Notes: generated by a model not told the origin, from the sequence alone. 37,077 bases of DNA from a virus (IMGVR_UViG_3300045131_000805:1-37077), one strand, 5' to 3'. Shown: positions 17,752 through 27,216, counted from the first letter of the stretch. Numbers and translations: made by a program.

Positions 17752-18525
17752 TTAAATCCTTTTAAATTCTTTCATCTTATCTGGATTAGCTTGTAGTATC
17801 TTACTATAGATACCTATCTCCTTTCGATGATCGTCTAGCGTTCTTTCATACGGTAACGTCTCTTCACCCATTTCCCAGATTAACAAATAGCTGCAGCAGT
17901 AGCATACGCAACGGAGTAAGACTGCTCTCATCAACTTGTTCACATGACTTATCGTGCAACCGGATAATAGATCTGCCGATAGATAAAGCGAACCGCCGTC
18001 CTGTCCCGCCGCTACAGCCTGACTTAAGTTTGTCATTATCCGATGTACTTCTTTCGGCATTGGGCGTGTCATTCGCATATGGCGTAATCGTACGCGCATT
18101 GCTAATAGTTCGCCTCGCATAAGCGGTACATCATTAAACTGCAATTGCGGATACTCTGGATGACGCATACGTGAATATGTCTCGCACCATTTGCCTAACT
18201 CGAAACTCTCCTTCGTATGCTTGAAGAGATATATGCGCGATAGCAATTCGAGTATCCAACCCGGCTTGTTATACTCTGTCGTAAGTTCGTTAATGGTTAA
18301 TGGAATCGTGTCTGGGTGAAGGGCAGCAAATTGTTTCGCAAGTGAATCCGCTGTGTCGTTATGTTTTGGAGGCGGTAAAAGCACAGGGGGCATATCTACT
18401 GATGGCTGTACCCCCTGTGCTTCTACGGTGCTCTCTGGTACGTCTATACCAAAGAAGTCTGCATCCTCTATATCGACAATACCGGCGTCCAAATGCTTAT
18501 CGTTTAGTGGTCCGCCGTTGTTCAC
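17752..18525 (-). CDS. Hypothetical protein
   Basis: 257 aa; N-terminal region carries an inverted pair of the dispersed motif. Confidence 0.65.
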   Translation of the reverse strand: MNNGGPLNDKHLDAGIVDIEDADFFGIDVPESTVEAQGVQPSVDMPPVLLPPPKHNDTADSLAKQFAALHPDTIPLTINELTTEYNKPGWILELLSRIYLFKHTKESFELGKWCETYSRMRHPEYPQLQFNDVPLMRGELLAMRVRLRHMRMTRPMPKEVHRIMTNLSQAVAAGQDGGSLYLSADLLSGCTISHVNKLMRAVLLRCVCYCCSYLLIWEMGEETLPYERTLDDHRKEIGIYSKILQANPDKMKEFKRI

Positions 18526-18763
18526 GTCTTAACTCCTTCTTCAATTTATAGTACTCGGTTGATATGTATTTGTAACTGTGTATGAGTCTAATCATACGTT
18601 TCATAAACTTCTCTTCACCCGCGAGATACTTCTGTAGCTTCTTTGTATCTGGTACATGCGCACCATGCTGCAATGCTCTTCGCGTCTTCTTGGTATTCTG
18701 TAGGTGTTCGTGTAATAACTCAAGTTCATCTTTCTGAATTCTGACTGACATTGCATCTCCCAT
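18497..18763 (-). CDS. Basic hypothetical protein
   Basis: 88 aa, K/R-rich. Confidence 0.55.
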   Translation of the reverse strand: MGDAMSVRIQKDELELLHEHLQNTKKTRRALQHGAHVPDTKKLQKYLAGEEKFMKRMIRLIHSYKYISTEYYKLKKELRREQRRTTKR

Positions 18764-19029
18764 TAATGGTTATGAAAAATGTGGTATACGAGACTTCCGC
18801 CATCTAACTTGACTGTGCCAAGAAAGTGTCGTTGCTGCGGATAAGCAAAAGGTACGTCTGACCCTGTTGCAAATATATCTATTCGCACGTAGGCGTCCAA
18901 TACCTCGGTGTCTACAAGATAGTAAAGAACTATTTTATTGTGTTGTTCGATAACACTCAGTAGTTCGACGCATCCTGGTAACGTATAGTAGTTAACACCG
19001 AACGATAAAATTTGTTTGTGTATTGTCAT
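18763..19029 (-). CDS. Conserved phage hypothetical protein
   Basis: ..ATG...FLGTV...LVYHIF pattern typical of a small phage family; GAAAGGA RBS. Confidence 0.65.
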   Translation of the reverse strand: MTIHKQILSFGVNYYTLPGCVELLSVIEQHNKIVLYYLVDTEVLDAYVRIDIFATGSDVPFAYPQQRHFLGTVKLDGGSLVYHIFHNH

Positions 19030-19049
19030 TTGTATCCTTTCTGTATGAG

Positions 19050-20306
19050 TTAATATCTGTTATCTACCATATTTTGTGCACTCTCGTCAATCTCGAGCGG
19101 CAGCTTGCAATCGTGCATACTAAGATCAGGTCGCCATTTTGCAATGACCGCGTGACGCAGTTTCTTAAACTTCGTCCATTGTTGAAACGTTAGGTCAACT
19201 ACTTGTCCCACGTAGGCGTCACTAACTAATCCGTCTGGTCCAGCAAGCTGTAATCTCATCGCGTCAGTACCTGGAATAACCGAACATAGTTCGTGTTGGT
19301 TACCTTGAGCATCGAATACGTGAATAACGAGTGAGCCAAACAGTGTTTCGTTCTTACCTGTACCTGGTCTTGATCCCGCAATGAAACCGCTGATCGTATC
19401 CGCTTCCTTCCATTTGTACATTGCTTTGGTACGCTTGTCAGGTTGATAAGGCCAACGTAACGATTTGATCATTGCACCTTCACACTTGTTAGCTAATGCT
19501 AAGGCATAGACAGCCGCGAATGAATCGGTATGCAAGTCAAATGCATTACGTGAATCGTTTAACCGAAAGATCTGCGATGCTTGAACTAGCGTATTGAACG
19601 GTTGTAACGGTTCACCGATTTGTCGACCATCTTCAGTTGCTTGCAGCAATATCTGAATAATCGCTTGGCGACGTTCTGCGAAACTGAATACGCGCATATC
19701 CTGTCCGCACAATTTCAATATGTCGAAGATAACAAACTTGGCCCAACCAGCTGCCCTTTGTATTTCGACTGCGCGTTCTGGAAGACTATTGAAGACTGCA
19801 ACTGTTGATGTCAACGTTCCTTTCGTTCTCGTCTTATTAAGAGTAATACCTGGTACGTCCATTAGTATCTCACCATCAAAGATTGTGCCTGCTAAGCGAT
19901 CAAGTCGGCAATCGCGCAGATGTGGAAAGTTGTCTGATACTTCGTGGAAGCGATAATCGCTTGTTGCTCGATGCCTTGAGTCTAATCGATTCTCGCCTTC
20001 TCCGATATGCCATTTGCATCTGCAGCCGTCATACTTAATCTCTGCTACGTGCTCTGTTGAATGTATGACGTGTTCAAACTCGGATTCCTTTAAATCCATT
20101 ATTGGTTTGGCTAGCATAATATGATATTGATCGAGTGGTGGACGAACACCGTTTGGACCTATTGTTTCTCTTGCGTTCGCGATAGCAAGTTGGTCCATTA
20201 TCTCTTCTTTCGTCATATTGATGCTAACGATTAGACCCTTTGCCTGCGCTTCATTGAAGATTACTTCTTTGCGTTTCATTATCATCGTTTGGTATCCTGT
20301 TCCCAC
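19050..20306 (-). CDS. ATP-dependent DNA ligase
   Basis: KYDG (motif I), FDGEI (III), FVIFDIL (IIIa), EGAMIK (IV), YKWK (V), OB-fold tail. Confidence 0.93.
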   Translation of the reverse strand: MGTGYQTMIMKRKEVIFNEAQAKGLIVSINMTKEEIMDQLAIANARETIGPNGVRPPLDQYHIMLAKPIMDLKESEFEHVIHSTEHVAEIKYDGCRCKWHIGEGENRLDSRHRATSDYRFHEVSDNFPHLRDCRLDRLAGTIFDGEILMDVPGITLNKTRTKGTLTSTVAVFNSLPERAVEIQRAAGWAKFVIFDILKLCGQDMRVFSFAERRQAIIQILLQATEDGRQIGEPLQPFNTLVQASQIFRLNDSRNAFDLHTDSFAAVYALALANKCEGAMIKSLRWPYQPDKRTKAMYKWKEADTISGFIAGSRPGTGKNETLFGSLVIHVFDAQGNQHELCSVIPGTDAMRLQLAGPDGLVSDAYVGQVVDLTFQQWTKFKKLRHAVIAKWRPDLSMHDCKLPLEIDESAQNMVDNRY

Positions 20307-20716
20307 GGCATTAAAAGATAGTCATTATGTTCTACGGGTAGATAGAATAGATCAGGACTACATACGAGCGGACATGTATAACGTTTAAAGACTGTTACAT
20401 AGTAGAAATCACGTAGTAGCGTCCCGTGCACCAATTTTAGAAATGTCGCACCGGTATCCGCGATTTCATCAACCACGATTAAGTTCTTAATACGCGGTCT
20501 TGTTTGCATATAATGTATCTGACATTCTGGTAAGTAGTGATGCAACGTTGTCGCAACAATCATACCCGCTCTTGGTATACCCCATAGATGGTATTGTCCG
20601 TTACTATCTCGCGGAACAGTATTTGGTATCTTGTCTGCGAGATGCTTACAACCTTGCTGGATTAGCAACCAATCAACTGGTATCATACGGTACTTGTCCT
20701 TTCTTGTGGAACCCAC
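20282..20716 (-). CDS. Type I phosphoribosyltransferase (Gpt/xanthine-guanine PRT-like)
   Basis: GIPRAG loop, PRPP-binding IVVDEIADTGAT, C-terminal MPWE. Confidence 0.88.
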   Translation of the reverse strand: MGSTRKDKYRMIPVDWLLIQQGCKHLADKIPNTVPRDSNGQYHLWGIPRAGMIVATTLHHYLPECQIHYMQTRPRIKNLIVVDEIADTGATFLKLVHGTLLRDFYYVTVFKRYTCPLVCSPDLFYLPVEHNDYLLMPWEQDTKR

Positions 20717-22875
20717 AATTTAAATTGTTCTATTTGACCTTTTAACCACGGTACAAAATCCCATTCGATAATGAGACCATTTTTACTACCTAATAGAATA
20801 CGAGAGATTTCTAAGTCTTGTAAGATTTGTCTAACAGTCCAATCTGGTAATCCAATCCGTTGAGCAATAGCTGTACTATCGCTGTTCGGATAAGATATAA
20901 TCGCTTGACAGATGCGTTCAACTCGAGCATCTAAACTGTCTCTAACGATTGCTCGTAAATCTTCAAACTCTTCTTCATCGTTAGCTGGCTTATCCCGGAT
21001 ATAAGCGAGTGAAACTGCCATCTTGGCTAACTGCTTCGCATACCTTGTTGCTTCTTCCCATTCAGGTATAACTAAGATGTGATTGTTAAATGAGTTGCGA
21101 GATACACCGGTTCGCAGTATCGCACCTAGTTGTGCTAGTCGACCAATCTGTTTCGGCATAGATAACTTCGGTACTTGTCCGCCTTCACGCATTAGATGTT
21201 TCATAAGCGATAGAGCAGCTTCTTCTAAGACACCTTCAGCTTTCGGTTCTTCGAATAACGTTTCTAATGCTTTATCGATTTTATGATATACGTGATCTAA
21301 CGTACTCTTAATTCGATAACGAATAAACCGTTCACCTAATCTAACATTAAGACTCCAATTAGAATCGATATCCGGAGTAGTCGCACCTATGAAACCAAAG
21401 GAGCTTTCATATAACTTCTCAACACCTGTACCGTATGCCTTACCACACGAACCATCATATGCATCTCGCAGCAGTCCTAATATCTCCGCAACAACTTCAC
21501 GATTCTGAGATAGTACTGAACTCATATCCTTCACCATAAGTATCTTGCCATCTAACTTAGGTATAAGACTCATATCCTCACTTCCTTTAAGTCCCCAACC
21601 ACTAATGAGCGCAGTTGGCTTAAAAGATGAAACTGTATAAACGTGAGGTGAATTCTGTACCGCCGTCATTGGTAATGTCTTACCACTACCTGGAGGTCCG
21701 ATCATCAATAACCATACCGGTCTGCCGGACATCTTAAGGTTAGCGATAATGGTTCCGAAGAAGACATCAAGCTGCTGGATTTGAGGTTTCTCAAATATAT
21801 ACTCGCATTTAGTTGCTTCGTAGAAATCTGCACGAGTAATGGGACGCAAGTCGTCATAGATTGATTTAACGACTGGTTCCTCTCGCTCAGTTCTATGAAA
21901 GTTATCACTGTGTTCACTTTTACCTTTCGTTTTACGTTTCTTAGTCTGCTTCTCATCGCGTTCACGTGCAGCTGTATTCTTATGCTTAGTCTCGGTCGTA
22001 TAAGTCACAGCAGCTTCTTGAGCTTGTTTAACTGTCTTCTCAAGATATGCTTCATCAAGCTTATGCACGTTAGGTCGCTTACGAAGATGTTGATAAATCT
22101 CTTCGTATAAGAAACCTTTAACAGCTAATGCTTTCGCAAATGAAAAGTCATATCCACTAGCACTTAAGTCACCTGTTGTCTTACCGATACCAATCCACAA
22201 ACGATAGATGAATGGATCCTTTAAGATATCACTATCAACTGACCGCGTGATACTTTTAGTATTCTGCAAGAATTCATAGAATCCAGTTGTCGGTATGAAC
22301 TGAATGTGATCAGGTAGCGAGTGAATATCAATCGGTTGTTCATCGTTAGTATAGAAGACTGTCTTATTCGCTGCCAACAATTGGCCTTGCAAAGGCAACG
22401 CAATACATACGCCAACTGAATCCTGATAACGTCCGTCCTGTGCCAACCGTAGTGGCAATGGATATAAGCCGCAATGATCACTTACGCGTTTACGTGCGAG
22501 ATCTAATCCCGTCTGACAAGCTATTGCTAAGTCGTCAATCAGTATCGGATCGCGAAAGAACATCCATACGTGGTGGTTACCTGTTCTACTCCTTTCGATA
22601 TAATTCGGTTGAGGTAATAATAGACTAACTTCTTTTGCAATTTCAAACTTTGGGTCGTCAATGTCGATTGCCGCGAAACACGTTGTATTGTTTTCAAGAG
22701 CTGGATAAATACCGAGTACTTGAGTACCGTTCAAATGATTCAGGTAATCAAGATGAGTCAACTGTTTACCAGAGACCCTAGTATACTCGATTTCAAGTTC
22801 CTTAGCCTTTTGAACGGCATACGTATTTCGCCTACCGGCAAATGTTGCGTAGGCCCACTTCGCCAATGTATTCAT
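20683..22875 (-). CDS. Primase-helicase: AEP-type primase fused to a P-loop AAA+ helicase
   Basis: LGIYP, AAIDID, ERSRTGNHHVWMFF primase motifs; GPPGSGKT Walker A; LMVKD Walker B. Confidence 0.85.
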   Translation of the reverse strand: MNTLAKWAYATFAGRRNTYAVQKAKELEIEYTRVSGKQLTHLDYLNHLNGTQVLGIYPALENNTTCFAAIDIDDPKFEIAKEVSLLLPQPNYIERSRTGNHHVWMFFRDPILIDDLAIACQTGLDLARKRVSDHCGLYPLPLRLAQDGRYQDSVGVCIALPLQGQLLAANKTVFYTNDEQPIDIHSLPDHIQFIPTTGFYEFLQNTKSITRSVDSDILKDPFIYRLWIGIGKTTGDLSASGYDFSFAKALAVKGFLYEEIYQHLRKRPNVHKLDEAYLEKTVKQAQEAAVTYTTETKHKNTAARERDEKQTKKRKTKGKSEHSDNFHRTEREEPVVKSIYDDLRPITRADFYEATKCEYIFEKPQIQQLDVFFGTIIANLKMSGRPVWLLMIGPPGSGKTLPMTAVQNSPHVYTVSSFKPTALISGWGLKGSEDMSLIPKLDGKILMVKDMSSVLSQNREVVAEILGLLRDAYDGSCGKAYGTGVEKLYESSFGFIGATTPDIDSNWSLNVRLGERFIRYRIKSTLDHVYHKIDKALETLFEEPKAEGVLEEAALSLMKHLMREGGQVPKLSMPKQIGRLAQLGAILRTGVSRNSFNNHILVIPEWEEATRYAKQLAKMAVSLAYIRDKPANDEEEFEDLRAIVRDSLDARVERICQAIISYPNSDSTAIAQRIGLPDWTVRQILQDLEISRILLGSKNGLIIEWDFVPWLKGQIEQFKLWVPQERTSTV

Positions 22876-23372
22876 CCGGTCTCCTTCCAGGCTTGCCCGG
22901 ATTCTATTCGATAAATTACTTCATTCGATACGCGGAATAAAGTCGCCAGTTCTTGTCGGGTATATGTACGATCTGCTAAAAGATATTTAATGACGTGTAC
23001 CTGAGTCCAATTGAGTCTTTTGGCGTAGTATCGCACATAACCGCGATCAAGTTCGTCTTGGCGATTTGCAAGTGGTGTATCCCAACGTAAGTTGTTAAGG
23101 GCCAAGTTTGTCTTATCCATATCTTTGTGGCAACATAGCATCCCTTCGGGGCAAGGACCCACAAACACTTCTAATAGTAATCGATGAATTGTCCGGTAGA
23201 AGATTTGTCCTTTCCGGCATAGTGTAACCATCGGATATCCGGAGCTGTTCTGTGGACGTAATCGTCGAGGTTTTGCTAGTTTTGTTGACCATACTTGTCC
23301 GTCACGCGTAATGCAATAGTCGGGAAATTCCGGTATCTCATAAAACGTTTTGTTATCCGTTAAGGTGTTCAT
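22872..23372 (-). CDS. NUMOD4-HNH homing endonuclease with C-terminal HTH
   Basis: IPEFPDYCITRDGQV (NUMOD4), IHRLLLEVF..CHKDMDKTN..LNNLRW. Confidence 0.88.
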   Translation of the reverse strand: MNTLTDNKTFYEIPEFPDYCITRDGQVWSTKLAKPRRLRPQNSSGYPMVTLCRKGQIFYRTIHRLLLEVFVGPCPEGMLCCHKDMDKTNLALNNLRWDTPLANRQDELDRGYVRYYAKRLNWTQVHVIKYLLADRTYTRQELATLFRVSNEVIYRIESGQAWKETG

Positions 23373-23937
23373 GCTTTAAATACTCCTTCAACAATTTCAT
23401 GTCCGCTGTGAATGCATCATTGACCGGCGGATTAACTAATGCTTGTGAAGGTGGATATGTAATAAACATATCAACCGATAAACCTTCCCACGTGATCGAA
23501 TGTATTGAACCGTGGAGTGAATCCATTGCGTTAACGGCTAATGGCAACGACGGAACAAAATATTGGACTGGTTGTAAACCCAACGCAATAATAAGTTTCA
23601 GTCGCGGCAACTGCTTCAATTCATTTAGCAGATGCATCTTCGTACATGTTAGAAATACGTCTCGCGTCAATCGTTTCTCTGCTGGATTACATTTGACTAA
23701 GTTCGTTAACCAACAGTCCGAACGTAGTAAACCAGCACTGATTAAACCCTCCGATAACTTCCGTCCACTCGGACCAACAAATAGATGCCCGTGTATGAGT
23801 TCATACTTACCGGGACATTTACCGATGACACAAATAGACGACATAGGCGAATTCCGCGAATCCGTAATAAGACAATGCGACGAAGCATCAAAACACTGAG
23901 CTGTACAACTTGCAAGCTTTTTACTCATGCCTTTCAT
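23353..23937 (-). CDS. Uracil-DNA glycosylase family 4-like protein with substituted catalytic motifs
   Basis: VIGKCPG (vs GEAPG), FVGPSG, TNLVKC.P, IIALG, TYPPS (vs TYHPA). Confidence 0.8.
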   Translation of the reverse strand: MKGMSKKLASCTAQCFDASSHCLITDSRNSPMSSICVIGKCPGKYELIHGHLFVGPSGRKLSEGLISAGLLRSDCWLTNLVKCNPAEKRLTRDVFLTCTKMHLLNELKQLPRLKLIIALGLQPVQYFVPSLPLAVNAMDSLHGSIHSITWEGLSVDMFITYPPSQALVNPPVNDAFTADMKLLKEYLKHEHLNG

Positions 23938-24451
23938 TCCCTTCTATATATTTTTGGATATTCTTATAATAGTAATCACCGATACCAACTGCATCTGCTT
24001 CGTCATTTGTATGGAATCTTTTTAAATACTTTGTCTCCATTCGTTTCTGAGTAATCTCTTTTTTAAGTTGTCCCTTCCATTGTGACACAGGTATGAGTGT
24101 AACTTTTGTATTGCAAAATCCTAAGAAATGTCCGAACATCGCACCAACTAATAAAGTAAGTACTTGTAAACTCCCGCTGTGCTGAGATGCGGTACTTTTA
24201 TAAGCACCCCATTGACACGGCTTCTCGATTACGACGTGCTTTGCAATCGTATCACTATCGGTAAAGAAGTTGATGTCGAGTAGTACTTTATCGAGCTCTA
24301 GAAGCATCCATTCAACGCGGTCATCGTATGCATGTTCGGGTGCATCCCGCAACGATTTAATCGTTCCTGATTCGAGTAAATCCTCGTTTTCGAATAGCGC
24401 CCAACCGCAACTATTCACCGATGGGTCAATCGAAAAGATTCGCTGTATCAC
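23921..24451 (-). CDS. RuvC-like Holliday junction resolvase
   Basis: SIDPS..CGWA, VVIEKP, WKG, DEADAVGIG; GTG start at 24451 after GGAGAGG. Confidence 0.85.
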   Translation of the reverse strand: MIQRIFSIDPSVNSCGWALFENEDLLESGTIKSLRDAPEHAYDDRVEWMLLELDKVLLDINFFTDSDTIAKHVVIEKPCQWGAYKSTASQHSGSLQVLTLLVGAMFGHFLGFCNTKVTLIPVSQWKGQLKKEITQKRMETKYLKRFHTNDEADAVGIGDYYYKNIQKYIEGNERHE

Positions 24452-25151
24452 CGTCAGCCTCCTCTCCCGCTCTAATCGCATCCGCTAAGTCAACTGCGAA
24501 TGCTATCTGCGATGCAATCGATTGACCTGGATCAGTTAGATGCTGATATTGGAATGCTCTCTTCCGTTCGGAACACTTTGTACAACAAATTGACTGCACC
24601 TGATCTGGAATCGCATGCACACAACTATGCGTATACTGCCACGGTATGTACCACGGCTTACCAAGTAATAGTACCTGCCATAAATGTAACCGATATAGCG
24701 GAAATTCTACCTCCGTTGCCGGTATATGTTCACCAATCGTTGATTGCGTTATCTGTATTGTACCGAACAGCGATTTAAGACAGGTCATAAAGTTCTCTGT
24801 ACCTGCTTCTGTTTGAAGTACGCGAATCTTCATCCAATCGTCTCTACACAAGCCGTGATAGATAAGCGTACATCCGATCTGTCTCGCAATTGGTAAAGCC
24901 CAATTCAATAACGAGAGTGTAAAGTGTAAACTGTCGCTAGGTTGTAATGGACTTGAGCACGAATAACGTATTGCCGTACATTCGTAGTAGCGTGCTAACT
25001 CTTGCGTCGCTCGCCATTCAACTGCCGCCGATACTTGACCGTAGTCAAAGAATAGTAATGTAACATCGGGTCCTTCCTTTCGCGCCATAGATGTCAAAAA
25101 AGCGCTTTTAATACCACCTCCAGATAAAATCATTGTTCGCATCGAATCCAT
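24426..25151 (-). CDS. Divergent QueC-like protein (second paralog; PP-loop altered)
   Basis: ILSGGGIKS, FDYGQ...E, FPL, THSC...CTKC.ER..AF....DP Zn-site tail. Confidence 0.8.
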   Translation of the reverse strand: MDSMRTMILSGGGIKSAFLTSMARKEGPDVTLLFFDYGQVSAAVEWRATQELARYYECTAIRYSCSSPLQPSDSLHFTLSLLNWALPIARQIGCTLIYHGLCRDDWMKIRVLQTEAGTENFMTCLKSLFGTIQITQSTIGEHIPATEVEFPLYRLHLWQVLLLGKPWYIPWQYTHSCVHAIPDQVQSICCTKCSERKRAFQYQHLTDPGQSIASQIAFAVDLADAIRAGEEADGDTANLFD

Positions 25152-25183
25152 CCTTTCTCAATTGTATCATATTATACGATAGA

Positions 25184-25342
25184 CTATTTTTTCTGCTTCT
25201 TCTTTGGTGTTACGATAATCTTTATGCTGATCTTCGGATTCTTCAACATCCGTCGAGTACTACCAGTCCAATCTTTTAAATTCTTTGCTTCAACGCCTGC
25301 GCCTCTTAATGATGCTCTGATGTACGTTCTTTGTGCTCCCAT
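25184..25342 (-). CDS. Small basic hypothetical protein (52 aa, below the track cutoff)
   Basis: Manual translation MGAQRTYIRASLRG...KKKQKK; GAAAGGA RBS; fills the gap between polA and the queC-like gene. Confidence 0.55.
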   Translation of the reverse strand: MGAQRTYIRASLRGAGVEAKNLKDWTGSTRRMLKNPKISIKIIVTPKKKQKK

Positions 25343-25374
25343 CTGCTTACTTCCTTTCTTCATATAGTGAATGT

Positions 25375-27216
25375 TTAATGTTTAATATTCTCGTGAATCA
25401 TTTTACCTGCCGTTATGTTCTCGTATACTTCGTCAATTGACAAATCGCTTTGTTGTAATAAGTCTGGTCCGCATGCCGTATCCGTAATGATCGGTATACC
25501 ACTAAACCCATCAAAGTCTTCCATCTGTCGTTTGATCTCGTAAACGAGTTTCGCATCTTCTGGATACATATCAAAGACCAATTGGTCATGAATGTCCATT
25601 ACGATGCCTGAACGAGCGCCTTCGTTTCGTAATACATTACGCGTACGATTAAGTGCAATCTTCTTAATATTCGCTACCGTACCTTGACATAACCAACTTA
25701 CAATCGCATGCGGCCTTTCGACTAGGTAACGGTAGTGTCTTCCAAACACATCTTGTACGTAACCTCTTCGTTTAGCCGTATCTTTAATTGCGTGTTGAGT
25801 ATATCTCATCTCCGGTAACATGCGTTCATATCGTTTTAATACTTCTGCTGGTTCATCGCAGTCCTTCTTGATATGCTGCTTTAGTAATTCATCACCCATA
25901 CCATAAATCAATCCGTAGTTCACAATCTTGATGATATGCCTTTGTCGTTCATCATATGTTCCGAACACCATCCTACAAACCATCTTGTGAAAGTCTTCAC
26001 CCGCTATCAATGCATCAATCAATCTTTGTGATCCACTATAGTGAGCGAATGCTCTGTACTCAGCTTGCTTATAGTCAGGTCCAAAAAACAGTGCACCTGG
26101 AGATGCTTTAAATGTTGCTCTCACTTGTTTGAATGCCTGAGCACACTTTTCAGCGAGTTCCTTATTACCGATTTCAAGTTCACTAATACGTCCTCGTTGC
26201 TTCGGTATGTTCATTAGATTCGGTTTCTCGCACGCACTACGTCCTGTCGTAGTTGTTTGGCGATAGTCCGGATACAATCTTCCATTACGCTCCAGCTTCA
26301 TATAGCCAGCGAGTGTTGCTCTTGATTTCTCGAATGCCTTATACGCTAGCAAGGTCTTAATACGATCATCGTAGTTAAGTTCTTCGAGTACTTCCTTACC
26401 CGTACTAAAACCAGTCTTAGTCGTTTTTGTCAACCTAAAATGTTTTGACAATGTACGACTCAGTTGCTGAGGTGATCTTGGATTCAAAGAAGGCTCTTCA
26501 AATACTCGTTGCAATTCTTCCAGTAATGGAGCCAACATCTCAACATTCGTATCATGCGTCTTTTGTACATTCTCAATGTCGCAACATACTCCACGTTGGT
26601 CAATCTCCTTATAGCAAATGACCGCTGGTAGTTCCACATTCTTATATATGTTCCACAACTCATCATTCGTACTTTGTTTCTGCATCCATTCTAAGCAGTA
26701 CTCGTACATACCTAAAGTATCTTCCGCATCCCATTGTGCATATGGATGTAAGATGTGCTGAGGTAGATTATTGTTTGGCTGGTCGTTCTTAAAGAACTTC
26801 TTGATCTCTGGTGCTTCAACTCGCTTATGGTTTAGATACCTCGCTGCATTTGGTTTCAATGCGAATGAGTTAAAATCGTGTTCATAACATAACATCAACA
26901 TTAACGTCGTATCGTGAAATCTATTCTCGTTAACGTACAAACCTAAATGTTCTAATGCACTGATATCAAACTTCGCATTGTGAAAGATCAATGGTCTTCC
27001 ACTATGGACTAACTCGCACAAGAATGCATAACCTTCTGGAGTATGAACTGGACCAGCTCCACTACCCAAGTCATTCGCAGCCCAAGAGAAGTAGAAAGGA
27101 ATGTTCATTTCCTTTGTCGTTCCAAGCGTTTCTGTATCCAGAGAACAGGGCAGATTGCTCTGCCCTATTTTCTCAATTGGATACTCGCATAGATCTTTGT
27201 AATCTGCAAGTGCCAT
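25375..27216 (-). CDS. polA: Family A DNA polymerase with 3'-5' exonuclease
   Basis: ExoI DTET, ExoII HNAKFD, ExoIII YAQWD; TTGR; motif A DYKQAEYR; motif B KIVNYGLIYG; motif C IHDQL. Confidence 0.93.
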   Translation of the reverse strand: MALADYKDLCEYPIEKIGQSNLPCSLDTETLGTTKEMNIPFYFSWAANDLGSGAGPVHTPEGYAFLCELVHSGRPLIFHNAKFDISALEHLGLYVNENRFHDTTLMLMLCYEHDFNSFALKPNAARYLNHKRVEAPEIKKFFKNDQPNNNLPQHILHPYAQWDAEDTLGMYEYCLEWMQKQSTNDELWNIYKNVELPAVICYKEIDQRGVCCDIENVQKTHDTNVEMLAPLLEELQRVFEEPSLNPRSPQQLSRTLSKHFRLTKTTKTGFSTGKEVLEELNYDDRIKTLLAYKAFEKSRATLAGYMKLERNGRLYPDYRQTTTTGRSACEKPNLMNIPKQRGRISELEIGNKELAEKCAQAFKQVRATFKASPGALFFGPDYKQAEYRAFAHYSGSQRLIDALIAGEDFHKMVCRMVFGTYDERQRHIIKIVNYGLIYGMGDELLKQHIKKDCDEPAEVLKRYERMLPEMRYTQHAIKDTAKRRGYVQDVFGRHYRYLVERPHAIVSWLCQGTVANIKKIALNRTRNVLRNEGARSGIVMDIHDQLVFDMYPEDAKLVYEIKRQMEDFDGFSGIPIITDTACGPDLLQQSDLSIDEVYENITAGKMIHENIKH

